The translations under genes and the position numbers were made by a program. From assembly GCA_964016885.1 (NCBI GenBank), contig OZ024743.1, positions 131,192,001 to 131,256,000 on the forward strand: 64,000 nucleotides of DNA, read 5' to 3'. This document shows, piece after piece, positions 35,470 through 48,200 of the stretch. Positions within the stretch are counted from its first letter, which is position 1. Each line of letters begins with the position of its first letter. The notes under the pieces were generated by a model. The model did not search any database, had not been told where the DNA came from, and saw only the letters and a list, made by a program, of their open reading frames with translations. Origin of the DNA: Eledone cirrhosa. Its lineage: Eukaryota.

Positions 35470-38340
35470 GTGCTTGGTGCTTGGTGTTTGGTGTTTGGTG
35501 CTTGCTGCTGGCTGCTTGGTGCTTGGTGATTGGGGCTTGGTGTTTGGTGCTTGGTGTTTGGTGTTTGGTTCTAGGTGCTTGGTGCTTGGTGTTTGGTGCT
35601 TGGTGTTTGGTGTTTGGTGTTTGGTGCTTGGTGCTTGGTGTTTGGTGCTTGGTGCTGGGTGGTTGGTGTTTGGTGCTTGGTGTTTGGTGCTGGGTGCTTG
35701 GTGTTTGGTGCTTGGTGCTTGGTCTTTGGTGCTTGGTGTTTGGTGTTTGGTGCTTGCTGCTTGGTGTTTGGTTCTTGGTGCTTGGTGTTTGGTGCTTGGT
35801 GCTTAGTGTTTGGTGCTAGGTGCTTGGGGTTTGGTGTTTGGTGCTTGGTGTTTGGTGCTTGGTGCTTGGTGTTTGGTGTTTGGTGTTTGGTGCTTGGTGC
35901 TTGGTATTTGGTGTTTGCTGTTTACTGTTTGGTGTTTGTTGTTTGGTGTTTGTTGTTTGGTGTTTGTTGTTTGGTGTTTGTTGTTTGGTGTTTGCTGTTT
36001 GGTGTTTGGTGTTTGTTGTTTGGTGTTTGCTGTTTGGTGTCTGCTTTTTGGTGTTTGGTGTTTGCTGTATGTTGTTTGCTGTTTGGTGTTTGGTGTTTGG
36101 TATTTGGTGTTTGGTGCTTGGTGCTTGGTGTTTGGTGCTTGGTGCTTGGTGTTTGGTGCCTGGTGCTTGGTGCTTGGTGTTTGGTGTTTGGTGCTTGGTG
36201 CTTGGTGCTTGGAGTTTGGTGTTTGCTGCTTGTTGCTTGGTGTTTTGTGTTTGGTGTTTGGTTTTTGGTGCTTGGTGCTTGGTGCTTGGTCCTTGGTGTT
36301 TGGTGCTGGGTGCTTTGTGTTTGGTGCTTGGTGCTTCGTGCTTGGTGTTTGGTGTTTGCTGCTTGGTGTTTGGTGCTTGGTGCTTGGTGCTTGGTGTTTT
36401 GTGTTTGGTGCTTGGTGCTTGGTGTTTGTACTTGGTGCTTGGTGCTTGGTGTTTGGTTCTTGGTTCTTGGTGTTTGGTACTTGGTGCTTGCTGCTTGGTG
36501 CTTGGTGTTTGGTGCTTGGTGTTTGGAGCTTGGTGCTTGGTGTTTGGTGCTTGGTGTTTGGTGTTTGGTGCTTGGTGCTTGGTGTTTGGTGTTTGGTGTT
36601 TGGTGTTTGCTGTTTGCTGTTTGGTGTCTGCTTTTTGGTGTTTGGTGTTTGCTGTATGGTGTTTGCTGTTTCGTGTTTGGTGTTTGCTGTTTGGTGTTTG
36701 GTCTTTGGTGCTTGGTGTTTGGTGCTTGGTGCTTGGTGTTTGGTGCTTGGTGCTTGGTGTTTGGTGTTTGGTGCTTGGTGCTTGGTGCTTGGTATTTGGT
36801 GTTTGGTGCTTGGTGTCTGGTGCTTGGTGTTTGGTGCTTGGTGTTTGGTGTTTGGTGTTTGGTGCTTGGTGCTTGGTATTTGGTGTTTGGTGCTTGGTGT
36901 CTGGTGCTTGGTGTTTGGTGCTTGGTGTTTGGTGTTTGGTGTTTGGTGCTTGGTGCTTGGTGTTTGGTGTTTGGTGCTTGCTGCTGGCTGCTTGGTGCTT
37001 GGTGATTGGGGCTTGGTGTTTGGTGCTTGGTGTTTGGTGTTTGGTGCTAGGTGCTTGGTGCTTGGTGTTTGGTGCTTGGTGCTTGGTGTTTGGTGTTTGG
37101 TGCTTGGTGCTTGGTGTTTGGTGCTTGGTGCTGGGTGGTTGGTGTTTGGTGCTTGGTGTTTGGTGCTGGGTGCTTGGTGTTTGGTGCTTGGTGCTTGGTC
37201 TTTGGTGCTTGGTGTTTGGTGTTTGGTGCTTGCTGCTTGGTGTTTGGTTCTTGGTGCTTGGTGTTTGGTGCTTGGTGCTTAGTGTTTGGTGCTAGGTGCT
37301 TGGGGTTTGGTGTTTGGTGCTTGGTGTTTGGTGCTTGGTGCTTGGTGTTTGGTGTTTGGTGTTTGGTGCTTGGTGCTTGGTATTTGGTGTTTGCTGTTTA
37401 CTGTTTGGTGTTTGTTGTTTGGTGTTTGTTGTTTGGTGTTTGTTGTTTGGTGTTTGTTGTTTGGTGTTTGCTGTTTGGTGTTTGGTGTTTGTTGTTTGGT
37501 GTTTGCTGTTTGGTGTCTGCTTTTTGGTGTTTGGTGTTTGTTGTATGTTGTTTGCTGTTTCGTGTTTGGTGTTTGGTATTTGGTGTTTGGTGCTTGGTGC
37601 TTGGTGTTTGGTGCTTGGTGCTTGGTGTTTGGTGCCTGGTGCTTGGTGCTTGGTGTTTGGTGTTTGGTGCTTGGTGCTTGGTGCTTGGAGTTTGGTGTTT
37701 GGTGCTTGTTGCTTGGTGTTTTGTGTTTGGTGTTTGGTTTTTGGTGCTTGGTGCTTGGTGCTTGGTCCTTGGTGTTTGGTGCTGGGTGCTTTGTGTTTGG
37801 TGCTTGGTGCTTCGTGCTTGGTGTTTTGTGTTTGGTGCTTGGTGCTTGGTGTTTGTACTTGGTGCTTGGTGCTTGGTGTTTGGTTCTTGGTTCTTGGTGT
37901 TTGGTACTTGGTGCTTGCTGCTTGGTGCTTGGTGTTTGGTGCTTGGTGTTTGGTGCTTGGTGCTTGGTGTTTGGTGCTTGGTGTTTGGTGTTTGGTGCTT
38001 GGTGCTTGGTGTTTGGTGTTTGGTGTTTGCTGTTTGCTGTTTCCTGTTTGGTGTTTGCTGTTTGGTGTTTGGTCTTTGGTGCTTGGTGTTTGGTGCTTGG
38101 TGCTTGGTGTTTGGTGTTTGGTGCTTGGTGCTTGGTGTTTGGTGTTTGGTGCTTGGTGCTTGGTGCTTGGTATTTGGTGTTTGGTGCTTGGTGTCTGGGG
38201 CTTGGTGTTTGGTTCTTGGTGTTTGGTGTTTGGTGTTTGGTGCTTGGTGCTTGGTATTTGGTGTTTGGTGCTTGGTGTCTGGTGCTTGGTGTTTGGTGCT
38301 TGGTGTTTGGTGTTTGGTGTTTGGTGCTTGGTGCTTGGTG
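35470..38340. repeat. Higher-order tandem duplication, 2 copies of about 1476 bp
   Basis: ORF offsets of 1476 (35575/37051, 35810/37286, 35820/37296). Marker gattggggctt at about 35528 and 37004. The second copy has whole-unit deletions. Confidence 0.87.
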
Positions 38341-39669
38341 TTTGGTGTTTGGTGTTTGGTGTTTGGTGTTTGCTGTTTGGTGTCTGCTTTTTGGTGTTTG
38401 GTGTTTGCTGTATGGTGTTTGCTGTTTCGTGTTTGGTGTTTGCTGTTTGGTGTTTGGTGTTTGCTGTTTGGTGTTTGGTGTTTGGTGATTGGTGCTTGGT
38501 GTTTGGTGTTATATGCTTGGTGTTTGATGCTTGGTGCTTGCTGCTTGGTGTTTGGTGTTTGGTGCTTGGTGTTTGATGCTTGGTGCTTGGTGCTTGGTGT
38601 TTGGTGCTTGGTGCTTGGTGTTTGTACTTGGTGCTTGGTGCTTGGTTCTTGGTGTTTGGTGCTTGGTGCTTGGTGCTTGGTGTTTGGTGCTGGGTGCTTG
38701 GTGTTTGGTGCTTGGTGCTTGGTGCTTGGTATTTGGTGTTTGGTGCTTGGTGTCTGGTGCTTGGTGTTTGGTGCTTGGTGTTTGGTGTTTGGTGTTTGGT
38801 GCTTGGTGCTTGGTGTTTGGTGTTTGGTGCTTGGTGTTTGGTGTTTGGTGTTTGGTGCTTGTTGCTTGGTGCTTGGTGCTTGGTGTTTGGTGCTTGGTGC
38901 TTGGTGTTTGGTGCTGGGTGCTGGGTGCTTGGTGCTTGGTGCATGGTGCTTGGTGCTTGGTGTTTGGTGTTTGGTGCTTGGTGCTTGGTGTTTGGTGTTA
39001 TATGCTTGGTGTTTGATGCTTGGTGCTTGCTGCTTGGTGTTTGGTGTTTGGTGCTTGGTGTTTGGTGCTTGCTACGTGGTGCTTGGTGCTTGGTGTTAGG
39101 TGTTTGGTGCTTGGTGCGTGGTGTTTGGTTTTTGGTGCTTGGTGCTTGGTGTTTGGTGTTTGGTGCTTGCTGCTGGCTGGTTGGTGTTTGGTGCTTGGTG
39201 ATTGGTGCTTGGTGTTTGGTGCTTGGTGTTTGGTGTTTGGTGCTAGGTGCTTGGTGCTTGGTGTTTGGTGCTTTGTGCTTGGTGTTTGGTGCTTGGTGCT
39301 GGGTGGTTGGTGTTTGGTGCTTGGTGTTTGGTGCTGGGTGCTTGGTGTTTGGTGCTTGGTGCTTGGTGCTTGGTCTTTGGTGCTTGGTGTTTGGTGTTTG
39401 GTGCTTGGTGCTTGGTGCTTGGTATTTGGTGCTTGGTACTTGGTGTTTGGTGCTTGGTGTTTGCTGTTTGCTGTTTGCTGTTTTTGGTGTTTGCTGTTTG
39501 CTGTTTGGTGTCTGCTTTTTGGTGTTTGGTGTTTGCTCTATGGTGTTTGCTGTTTCATGTTTGGTGTTTGCTGTTTGGTGTTTGGTGTTTGCTGTTTGGT
39601 GTTTGGTCTTTGGTGCTTGGTCTTTGGTGCTTGGTGTTTGGTGCTTGGTGCTTGGTGTTTGGTGTTTGG

Positions 39670-42260
39670 TGCTTGGTGCCTGGTGCTTGTTGTTTGGTGA
39701 TTGGTGCTTGGTGTTTGCTGTTTGGTGTTTGGTGTTTGGTGTTTGCTGTTTGGTGTTTGGTGCTTGGTGCTTGGTGCTTGGTGTTTGGTGCTTGGTGCTT
39801 GGTGTTTGGTGCTTGGTGCTTGGTGTTTGGTGCTTGGTGCCTGGTGCTTGTTGTTTGGTGATTGGTGCTTGGTGTTTGCTGTTTGGTGTTTGGTGTTTGG
39901 TGTTTGCTGTTTGGTGTTTGGTGCTTGGTGTTTGATGCTTGGTGCTTGGTGTTTGGTGTTTGGTGTTTGGTGTTTGCTGTTTGCTGTTTGGTGCTTGGTG
40001 CTTGGTGCTTGGTGTTTGGTGCTTGGTGTTTGGTGCTTGGGGCTTGATGGTTGGTGTTTGTACTTGGTGCTTGGTGCTTGGTGTTTTGTGCTTGATTCTT
40101 GGTGTTTGGTGCTAGGTGTTTGCTGCTTAGTGCTTGGTGTTTGGTGTTTGGTGCTTGGTGTTTGGTGCTTGGTGCTTGGTGCTTGGTGTTAGGTATTTGG
40201 TGCTTGGTGTTTGGTGTTTGGTGCTTCATGCTTGGTGCTTGGTGTTTGGTCTTTGGTGCTTGGTCTTTGGTGCTTGGTGTTTGGTGCTTGGTGCTTGGTG
40301 TTTGGTGTTTGGTGCTTGGTGCCTGGTGCTTGTTGTTTGGTGATTGGTGCTTGGTGTTTGCTGTTTGGTGTTTGGTGTTTGGTGTTTGCTGTTTTGTGTT
40401 TGGTGCTTGGTGCTTGGTGCTTGGTGTTTGGTGCTTGGTGCTTGGTGTTTGGTGCTTGGTGCTTGATGCTTGGTGTTTGTACTTGGTGCTTGGTGCTTGG
40501 TGTTTCGTGCTTGATTCTTGGTGTTTGGTGCTTGGTGTTTGGTGCTTAGTGCTTGGTGTTTGGTGTTCGGTGCTTGGTGTTTGGTGCTTGGTGCTTGGTG
40601 CTTGGTGTTAGGTGTTTGGTGCTTGGTGTTTGGTGCTTGGTGCTTGGTGCTTGGTGTTAGGTGTTAGGTGTTTGGTGATTGGTGCTTGGTGTTTGGTGCT
40701 TGGTGCTTGATGTTTGGTGCTTGGTGCTTGGTGTTTGGTGCTTGGTGTTTGGTGCTTGGTACTTGGGGCTTAGTGTTTGGTGCTTGGTGCTTGGTGTTTG
40801 GTGCTTGGTGTTTGGTGCTTGGTACTTGGGGCTTAGTGTTTGGTGCTTGGTGCTTGGTGTTTGGTGCTTGGTGTTTGGTGTTTGGTGCTTGGTGTTTGGT
40901 GCTTGGTGCTTGGTGCTGGGTGGTTGGTGTTTGGTGCTTGGTGCTTGGTGTTTGGTGCTTGGTGCTTGGTGCCTGGTGCTTGTTGTTTGGTGATTGGTGC
41001 TTGGTGTTTGCTGTTTGGTGTTTGGTGTTTGGTGTTTGCTGTTTGGTGTTTGGTGCTTGGTGCTTGGTGCTTGGTGTTTGGTGCTTGGTGCTTGGTGTTT
41101 GGTGCTTGGTGCTTGGTGTTTGGTGCTTGGTGCCTGGTGCTTGTTGTTTGGTGATTGGTGCTTGGTGTTTGCTGTTTGGTGTTTGGTGTTTGGTGTTTGC
41201 TGTTTGGTGTTTGGTGCTTGGTGTTTGATGCTTGGTGCTTGGTGCTTGGTGTTTGGTGTTTGGTGTTTGCTGTTTGCTGTTTGGTGCTTGGTGCTTGGTG
41301 CTTGGTGTTTGGTGCTTGGTGTTTGGTGCTTGGGGCTTGATGGTTGGTGTTTGTACTTGGTGCTTGGTGCTTGGTGTTTTGTGCTTGATTCTTGGTGTTT
41401 GGTGCTAGGTGTTTGCTGCTTAGTGCTTGGTGTTTGGTGTTTGGTGCTTGGTGTTTGGTGCTTGGTGCTTGGTGCTTGGTGTTAGGTATTTGGTGCTTGG
41501 TGTTTGGTGTTTGGTGCTTCATGCTTGGTGCTTGGTGTTTGGTCTTTGGTGCTTGGTCTTTGGTGCTTGGTGTTTGGTGCTTGGTGCTTGGTGTTTGGTG
41601 TTTGGTGCTTGGTGCCTGGTGCTTGTTGTTTGGTGATTGGTGCTTGGTGTTTGCTGTTTGGTGTTTGGTGTTTGGTGTTTGCTGTTTTGTGTTTGGTGCT
41701 TGGTGCTTGGTGCTTGGTGTTTGGTGCTTGGTGCTTGGTGTTTGGTGCTTGGTGCTTGATGCTTGGTGTTTGTACTTGGTGCTTGGTGCTTGGTGTTTCG
41801 TGCTTGATTCTTGGTGTTTGGTGCTTGGTGTTTGGTGCTTAGTGCTTGGTGTTTGGTGTTCGGTGCTTGGTGTTTGGTGCTTGGTGCTTGGTGCTTGGTG
41901 TTAGGTGTTTGGTGCTTGGTGTTTGGTGCTTGGTGCTTGGTGCTTGGTGTTAGGTGTTAGGTGTTTGGTGATTGGTGCTTGGTGTTTGGTGCTTGGTGCT
42001 TGATGTTTGGTGCTTGGTGCTTGGTGTTTGGTGCTTGGTGTTTGGTGCTTGGTACTTGGGGCTTAGTGTTTGGTGCTTGGTGCTTGGTGTTTGGTGCTTG
42101 GTGTTTGGTGCTTGGTACTTGGGGCTTAGTGTTTGGTGCTTGGTGCTTGGTGTTTGGTGCTTGGTGTTTGGTGTTTGGTGCTTGGTGTTTGGTGCTTGGT
42201 GCTTGGTGCTGGGTGGTTGGTGTTTGGTGCTTGGTGCTTGGTGTTTGGTGCTTGGTGCTT
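39670..42260. repeat. Higher-order tandem duplication, 2 copies of 1293 bp
   Basis: ORF offsets of 1293 (39701/40994, 39862/41155, 40099/41392, 40211/41504, 40668/41961, 40840/42133). Confidence 0.92.
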
Positions 42261-45200
42261 GGTGTTTGGTGCTTGGCGCTTGGTGCTTGGTCTTTGGTGT
42301 TTGGTGCTTGGTGTTTGGTTTTTGCTGTTTGGTGTTTGGTGTTTGCTGTTTGCTGTTTGCTGTTTGGTGTCTGCTTTTTGGTGTTTGGTGTTTGCTGTAT
42401 CGTGTTTGCTGTTTCGTGTTTATTGTTTGCTGTTTGGTGTTTGGTGTTTGGTGTTTGGTGTTTCCTGTTTGGTGTTTAGTCTTTGGTGCTTGGTGTTTGG
42501 TGCTTGGTGCTTGGTGTTTGGTGTTTGGTGCTTGGTGCTTGGTGTTTGGTGCTTGGTGCTTGTTGTTTGGTGATTGGTGCTTGGTGCTTGGTGTTTGGTG
42601 TTTGGTGCTTGGGGCTTGGTGTTTGGTGCTTGGTGCTTGGTGCTTGGTGCTTGGTGTTTGGTGTTTGATGATTGGTGTTTGGTGTTTGGTGTTTGGTGCT
42701 TGGTGCTTGGTGTTTGGTGTTTGATGCTTCCTGCTTGATGCTTGGTGCTTGGTGCTTGGTGTTTGGTGCTTGGTGCTTGGTGTTTGGTGCTTGGTACTTG
42801 GTGTTTGGTTCTTGGTGTTTGCTGTTTGCTGTTTGGTGTTTGGTGTTTGCTGTTTGCTGTTTGGTGTCTGCTTTTTGGTGTTTGTTGTTTGCTCTATGGT
42901 GTTTGCTGTTTCATGTTTGGTGTTTGCTGTTTGGTGTTTGTTGTTTGGTGCTGGGTGCTTGGTGTTTGGTGCTTGGTGCTTGGTCTTTGGTGCTTGGTGT
43001 TTGGTGTTTGGTGCTTGGTGCTTGGTGCTTGGTGTTTGGTGCTTGGTGCTTGGTGTTTGGTGCTTGGTGCTTAGTGTTTGGTGCTAGGTGCTTGGGGTTT
43101 GGTGTTTGGTGCTTGGTGCTTGGTGTTTGGTGCTTGGTGCTTGGTGTTTAGTGCTTGGTGCTTGGTGCTTGGTGTTTGGTGCTTGGTGCTTGGTGCATTG
43201 TGATTAGTGTTTGGTGCTTGGTGCTTGGGGTTTGGTGTTTGGTGCTTGGTGCTTGGTATTTGGTGCTTGGTACTTGGTGTTTGGTGCTTGGTGTTTGCTG
43301 TTTGCTGTTTGCTGTTTTTGGTGTTTGCTGTTTGCTGTTTGGTGTCTGCTTTTTGGTGTTTGGTGTTTGCTCTATGGTGTTTGCTGTTTCATGTTTGGTG
43401 TTTGCTGTTTGGTGTTTGGTGTTTGCTGTTTGGTGTTTGGTCTTTGGTGCTTGGTCTTTGGTGCTTGGTGTTTGGTGCTTGGTGCTTGGTGTTTGGTGTT
43501 TGGTGCTTGGCGCCTGGTGCTTGTTGTTTGGTGATTGGTGCTTGGTGTTTGCTGTTTGGTGTTGGTGTTTGGTGTTTGCTGTTTGGTGTTTGGTGCTTGG
43601 TGCTTGGTGCTTGGTGTTTGGTGCTTGGTGCTTGGTGTTTGGTGCTTGGTGCTTGGTGTTTGGTGCTTGGTGCCTGGTGCTTGTTGTTTGGTGATTGGTG
43701 CTTGGTGTTTGCTGTTTGGTGTTTGGTGTTTGGTGTTTGGTGCTGGGTGCTTGGTGTTTGGTGTTTGATGCTTGGTGTTTGATGCTTGGTGCTTGGTGCT
43801 TGGTGTTTGGTGTTTGCTGTTTGCTGTTTGGTGTTTGGTGCTTGGTGCTTGGTGCTTGGTGTTTGGTGCTTGGTGTTTGGTGCTTGGTGCTTGATGGTTG
43901 GTGTTTGTACCTGGTGCTTGGTGCTTGGTGTTTTGTGCTTGATTCTTGGTGTTTGGTGCTAGGTGTTTGCTGCTTAGTGCTTGGTGTTTGGTGCTTGGTG
44001 CTTGGTGTTTGGTGCTTGGTGCCTGGTGCTTGTTGTTTGGTGATTGGTGCTTGGTGTTTGCTGTTTGGTGTTTGGTGTTTGGTGTTTGGTGCTGGGTGCT
44101 TGGTGTTTGGTGTTTGATGCTTGGTGTTTGATGCTTGGTGCTTGGTGCTTGGTGTTTGGTGTTTGCTGTTTGCTGTTTGGTGTTTGGTGCTTGGTGCTTG
44201 GTGCTTGGTGTTTGGTGCTTGGTGTTTGGTGCTTGGTGCTTGATGGTTGGTGTTTGTACCTGGTGCTTGGTGCTTGGTGTTTTGTGCTTGATTCTTGGTG
44301 TTTGGTGCTAGGTGTTTGCTGCTTAGTGCTTGGTGTCTGCTGCTTAGTGCTTGGTGTTTGGTGCTTGGTACTTGGTGTTTGGTGCTTGGTGCTTGGTGCT
44401 TGGTGTTAGGTATTTGGTGCTTGGTGTTTGGTGTTTGGTGCTTCATGCTTGGTGCTTGGTGTTTGGTGCTTGGTGCTTGGTGTTTGGTGCTTGGTGCCTG
44501 GTGCATGGTGTTTGGTGCTTGATGCTTGGTGTTTGGTGTTTGGTGCTTGGTGTTTGGTGCTTGGTGCTTGGTGCTTGGTGTTAGGTGTTAGGTGTTTGAT
44601 GCTTGGTGTTTGCTGTTTGGTGTTTGTTGTTTGCTGTTTGGTGTTTGGTCTTTGGTGCTTGGTGTTTGGTGTTTGGTGCTTGGTGCTTGGTGTTTGGTGT
44701 TTGGTGCTTGGTGCCTGGTGCTTGTTGTTTGGTGATTGGTGCTTGGTGTTTGCTGTTTGGTGTTTGGTGTTTGGTGTTTGCTGTTTTGTGTTTGGTGCTT
44801 GGTGCTTGGTGCTTGGTGTTTGGTGCTTGGTGCTTGGTGTTTGGTGCTTGGTGCTTGATGCTTGGTGTTTGTACTTGGTGCTTGGTGCTTGGTGTTTTGT
44901 GCTTGATTCTTGGTGTTTGGTGCTTGGAGCTTGGTGCTTAGTGCTTGGTGTTTGGTGTTTGGTGGTTGGTGTTTGGTGCTTGGTGCTTGGTGCTTGGTGT
45001 TAGGTGTTTGGTGATTGGTGTTTGGTGATTGGTGCTTCATGCTTGGTGCTTGGTGTTTGGTGCTTGGTGCTTGGTGTTTGGTGCTTGGTGCCTGGTGCAT
45101 GGTGTTTGGTGCTTGATGCTTGGTGTTTGGTGTTTGGTGCTTGGTGTTTGGTGCTTGGTGCTTTGTGTTTGGTGTTAGGTGTTAGGTGTTTGGTGATTGG

Positions 45201-48200
45201 TGCTTGGTGTTTGGTGCTTGGTGCTTGATGTTTGGTGCTTGGTGCTTGGTGTTTGGTGCTTGGCGTTTGGTGCTTGGTACTTGGGGCTTGGTGTTTGGTG
45301 CTTGGAGCTTGGTGTTTGGTGCTTGGTGTTTGGTGTTTGGTGCTTGGTGTTTGGTGCTTGGTGCTTGGTGCTGGGTGGTTGGTGTTTGGTGCTTGGTGCT
45401 TGGTGTTTGGTGCTTGGAGCTTGGTGTTTGGTGCTTGGTGTTTGGTGTTTGGTGCTTGGTGTTTGGTGCTTGGTGCTTGGTGCTGGGTGGTTGGTGTTTG
45501 GTGCTTGGTGCTTGGTGTTTGGTGCTTGGTGATTAGTGTTTGGTGCTTGGTGCTTGGGGTTTGGTGTTTGGTGCTTGGTGCTTGGTGTTTGGTGCTTGGT
45601 GCTTGGTGATTGGTGCTTGGTGTTTGGTTTTTGCTGTTTGGTGTTTGGTGTTTGCTGTTTGCTGTTTGCTGTTTGGTGTCTGCTTTTTGGTGTTTGGTGT
45701 TTGCTGTATCGTGTTTGCTGTTTCGTGTTTATTGTTTGCTGTTTGGTGTTTGGTGTTTGGTGTTTGGTGTTTCCTGTTTGGTGTTTAGTCTTTGGTGCTT
45801 GGTGTTTGGTTCTTGGTGCTTGGTGTTTGGTGTTTGGTGCTTGGTGCTTGGTGTTTGGTGCTTGGTGCTTGTTGTTTGGTGATTGGTGCTTGGTGCTTGG
45901 TGTTTGGTGTTTGGTGCTTGGGGCTTGGTGTTTGGTGCTTGGTGCTTGGTGCTTGGTGCTTGGTGCTTGGTGTTTGGTGTTTGATGATTGGTGTTTGGTG
46001 TTTGGTGTTTGGTGCTTGGTGCTTGGTGTTTGGTGTTTGATGCTTCCTGCTTGATGCTTGGTGCTTGGTGCTTGGTGTTTGGTGCTTGGTGCTTGGTGTT
46101 TGGTGCTTGGTACTTGGTGTTTGGTTCTTGGTGTTTGCTGTTTGCTGTTTGGTGTTTGGTGTTTGCTGTTTGCTGTTTGGTGTCTGCTTTTTGGTGTTTG
46201 TTGTTTGCTCTATGGTGTTTGCTGTTTCATGTTTGGTGTTTGCTGTTTGGTGTTTGTTGTTTGGTGTTTGGTGCTTGGTGTTTGGTGCTTGGTGCTTGGT
46301 GTTTGGTGATAGGTGCTTGGTGCTTGGTGCTTGGTGTTTGGTGTTTGGTGCTTGGTACTTGGGGCTTGGTGTTTGGTGCTTGGTGCTTCGTGCTTGGTGT
46401 TTGGTGCTTGGTGCTTGGTGTTTGGTGTTATATGCTTGGTGTTTGATGCTTGGTGCTTGGTGCTTGGTGTTTGGTGTTTGGTGTTTGTACTTGGTGCTTG
46501 GTGCTTGGTGCTTGGTGTTTGGTGCTTGGTGTTTGGTGCTTGGTGCTTGGTGCTTGGTGCTTGGTGCTTGGTGTTTGGTGGTTGGTGTTTGGTGCTTGGT
46601 GTTAGGTGTTTGGTGCTTGGTGCTTGGTGTTTGGTGTTTGGTGCTTGGTGTTTGGTGTTTCGTGCTTGGTGTTTCGTGCTTGGTACTTGGTGCTTGGTGC
46701 TTGGTGTTAGGTGTTTGGTGCTTGGTGTTTGGTGCTTGGTGTTTGGTGCTTGGTGCTTGGTGCTTGGTGCTTGGTGTTTGGTGTTTGGTGTCTGGTTTTT
46801 GGTGCTTGGTGCTTGGTGCTTGGTGCTTGGTGTTTGGTGGTTGGTGTTAGGTGTTTGGTGCTTGGTGCTTGGTGTTTGGTGTTTGGTGCTTGGTGTTTGG
46901 TGTTTGGTGCTCGGTGTTTGGTGCTTTTTGCTTGGTGCTTGGTGCTTGGTGTTTGGTGCTTGGTTCTTGGTGTTTGGTGCTGGGTGCTTGGTGTTTGGTG
47001 CTTGATGTTTGGTGCTTGGTGCTTGGTGTTTGGTGCTTGGTGTTTGGTGCTTGGTACTTGGGGCTTAGTGTTTGGTGCTTGGTGCTTGGTGTTTGGTGCT
47101 TGGTGTTTGGTGCTTGGTACTTGGGGCTTAGTGTTTGGTGCTTGGTGCTTGGTGTTTGGTGCTTGGTGTTTGGTGTTTGGTGCTTGGTGTTTGGTGCTTG
47201 GTGCTTGGTGCTGGGTGGTTGGTGTTTGGTGCTTGGTGCTTGGTGTTTGGTGCTTGGTGCTTGGTGTTTGGTGTTTGGTGCTTGGTGCTTGGTGTTTGGT
47301 GCTTGGTGCTTGTTGTTTGGTGATTGGTGCTTGGTGCTTGGTGTTTGGTGTTTGGTGCTTGGGGCTTGGTGTTTGGTGCTTGGTGCTTGGTGCTTGGTGC
47401 TTGGTGTTTGGTGTTTGATGATTGGTGTTTGGTGTTTGGTGTTTGGTGCTTGGTGCTTGGTGTTTGGTGTTTGATGCTTCCTGCTTGATGCTTGGTGCTT
47501 GGTGCTTGGTGTTTGGTGCTTGGTGCTTGGTGTTTGGTGCTTGGTACTTGGTGTTTGGTTCTTGGTGTTTGCTGTTTGCTGTTTGGTGTTTGGTGTTTGC
47601 TGTTTGCTGTTTGGTGTCTGCTTTTTGGTGTTTGTTGTTTGCTCTATGGTGTTTGCTGTTTCATGTTTGGTGTTTGCTGTTTGGTGTTTGTTGTTTGGTG
47701 CTGGGTGCTTGGTGTTTGGTGCTTGGTGCTTGGTCTTTGGTGCTTGGTGTTTGGTGTTTGGTGCTTGGTGCTTGGTGCTTGGTGTTTGGTGCTTGGTGCT
47801 TGGTGTTTGGTGCTTGGTGCTTAGTGTTTGGTGCTAGGTGCTTGGGGTTTGGTGTTTGGTGCTTGGTGCTTGGTGTTTGGTGCTTGGTGCTTGGTGTTTA
47901 GTGCTTGGTGCTTGGTGCTTGGTGTTTGGTGCTTGGTGCTTGGTGCATTGTGATTAGTGTTTGGTGCTTGGTGCTTGGGGTTTGGTGTTTGGTGCTTGGT
48001 GCTTGGTATTTGGTGCTTGGTACTTGGTGTTTGGTGCTTGGTGTTTGCTGTTTGCTGTTTGCTGTTTTTGGTGTTTGCTGTTTGCTGTTTGGTGTCTGCT
48101 TTTTGGTGTTTGGTGTTTGCTCTATGGTGTTTGCTGTTTCATGTTTGGTGTTTGCTGTTTGGTGTTTGGTGTTTGCTGTTTGGTGTTTGGTCTTTGGTGC

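Noticed and set aside
37292-38944. Minus-strand TKHQ(A/T)P(S/N) heptad ORFs resembling mucin-like, His-rich or Pol II CTD-like repeats
   Set aside because: Same artefact. ATG starts come from rare CAT variants, the nucleotide period is 7 rather than a codon-structured 21, and there are no non-repeat termini.
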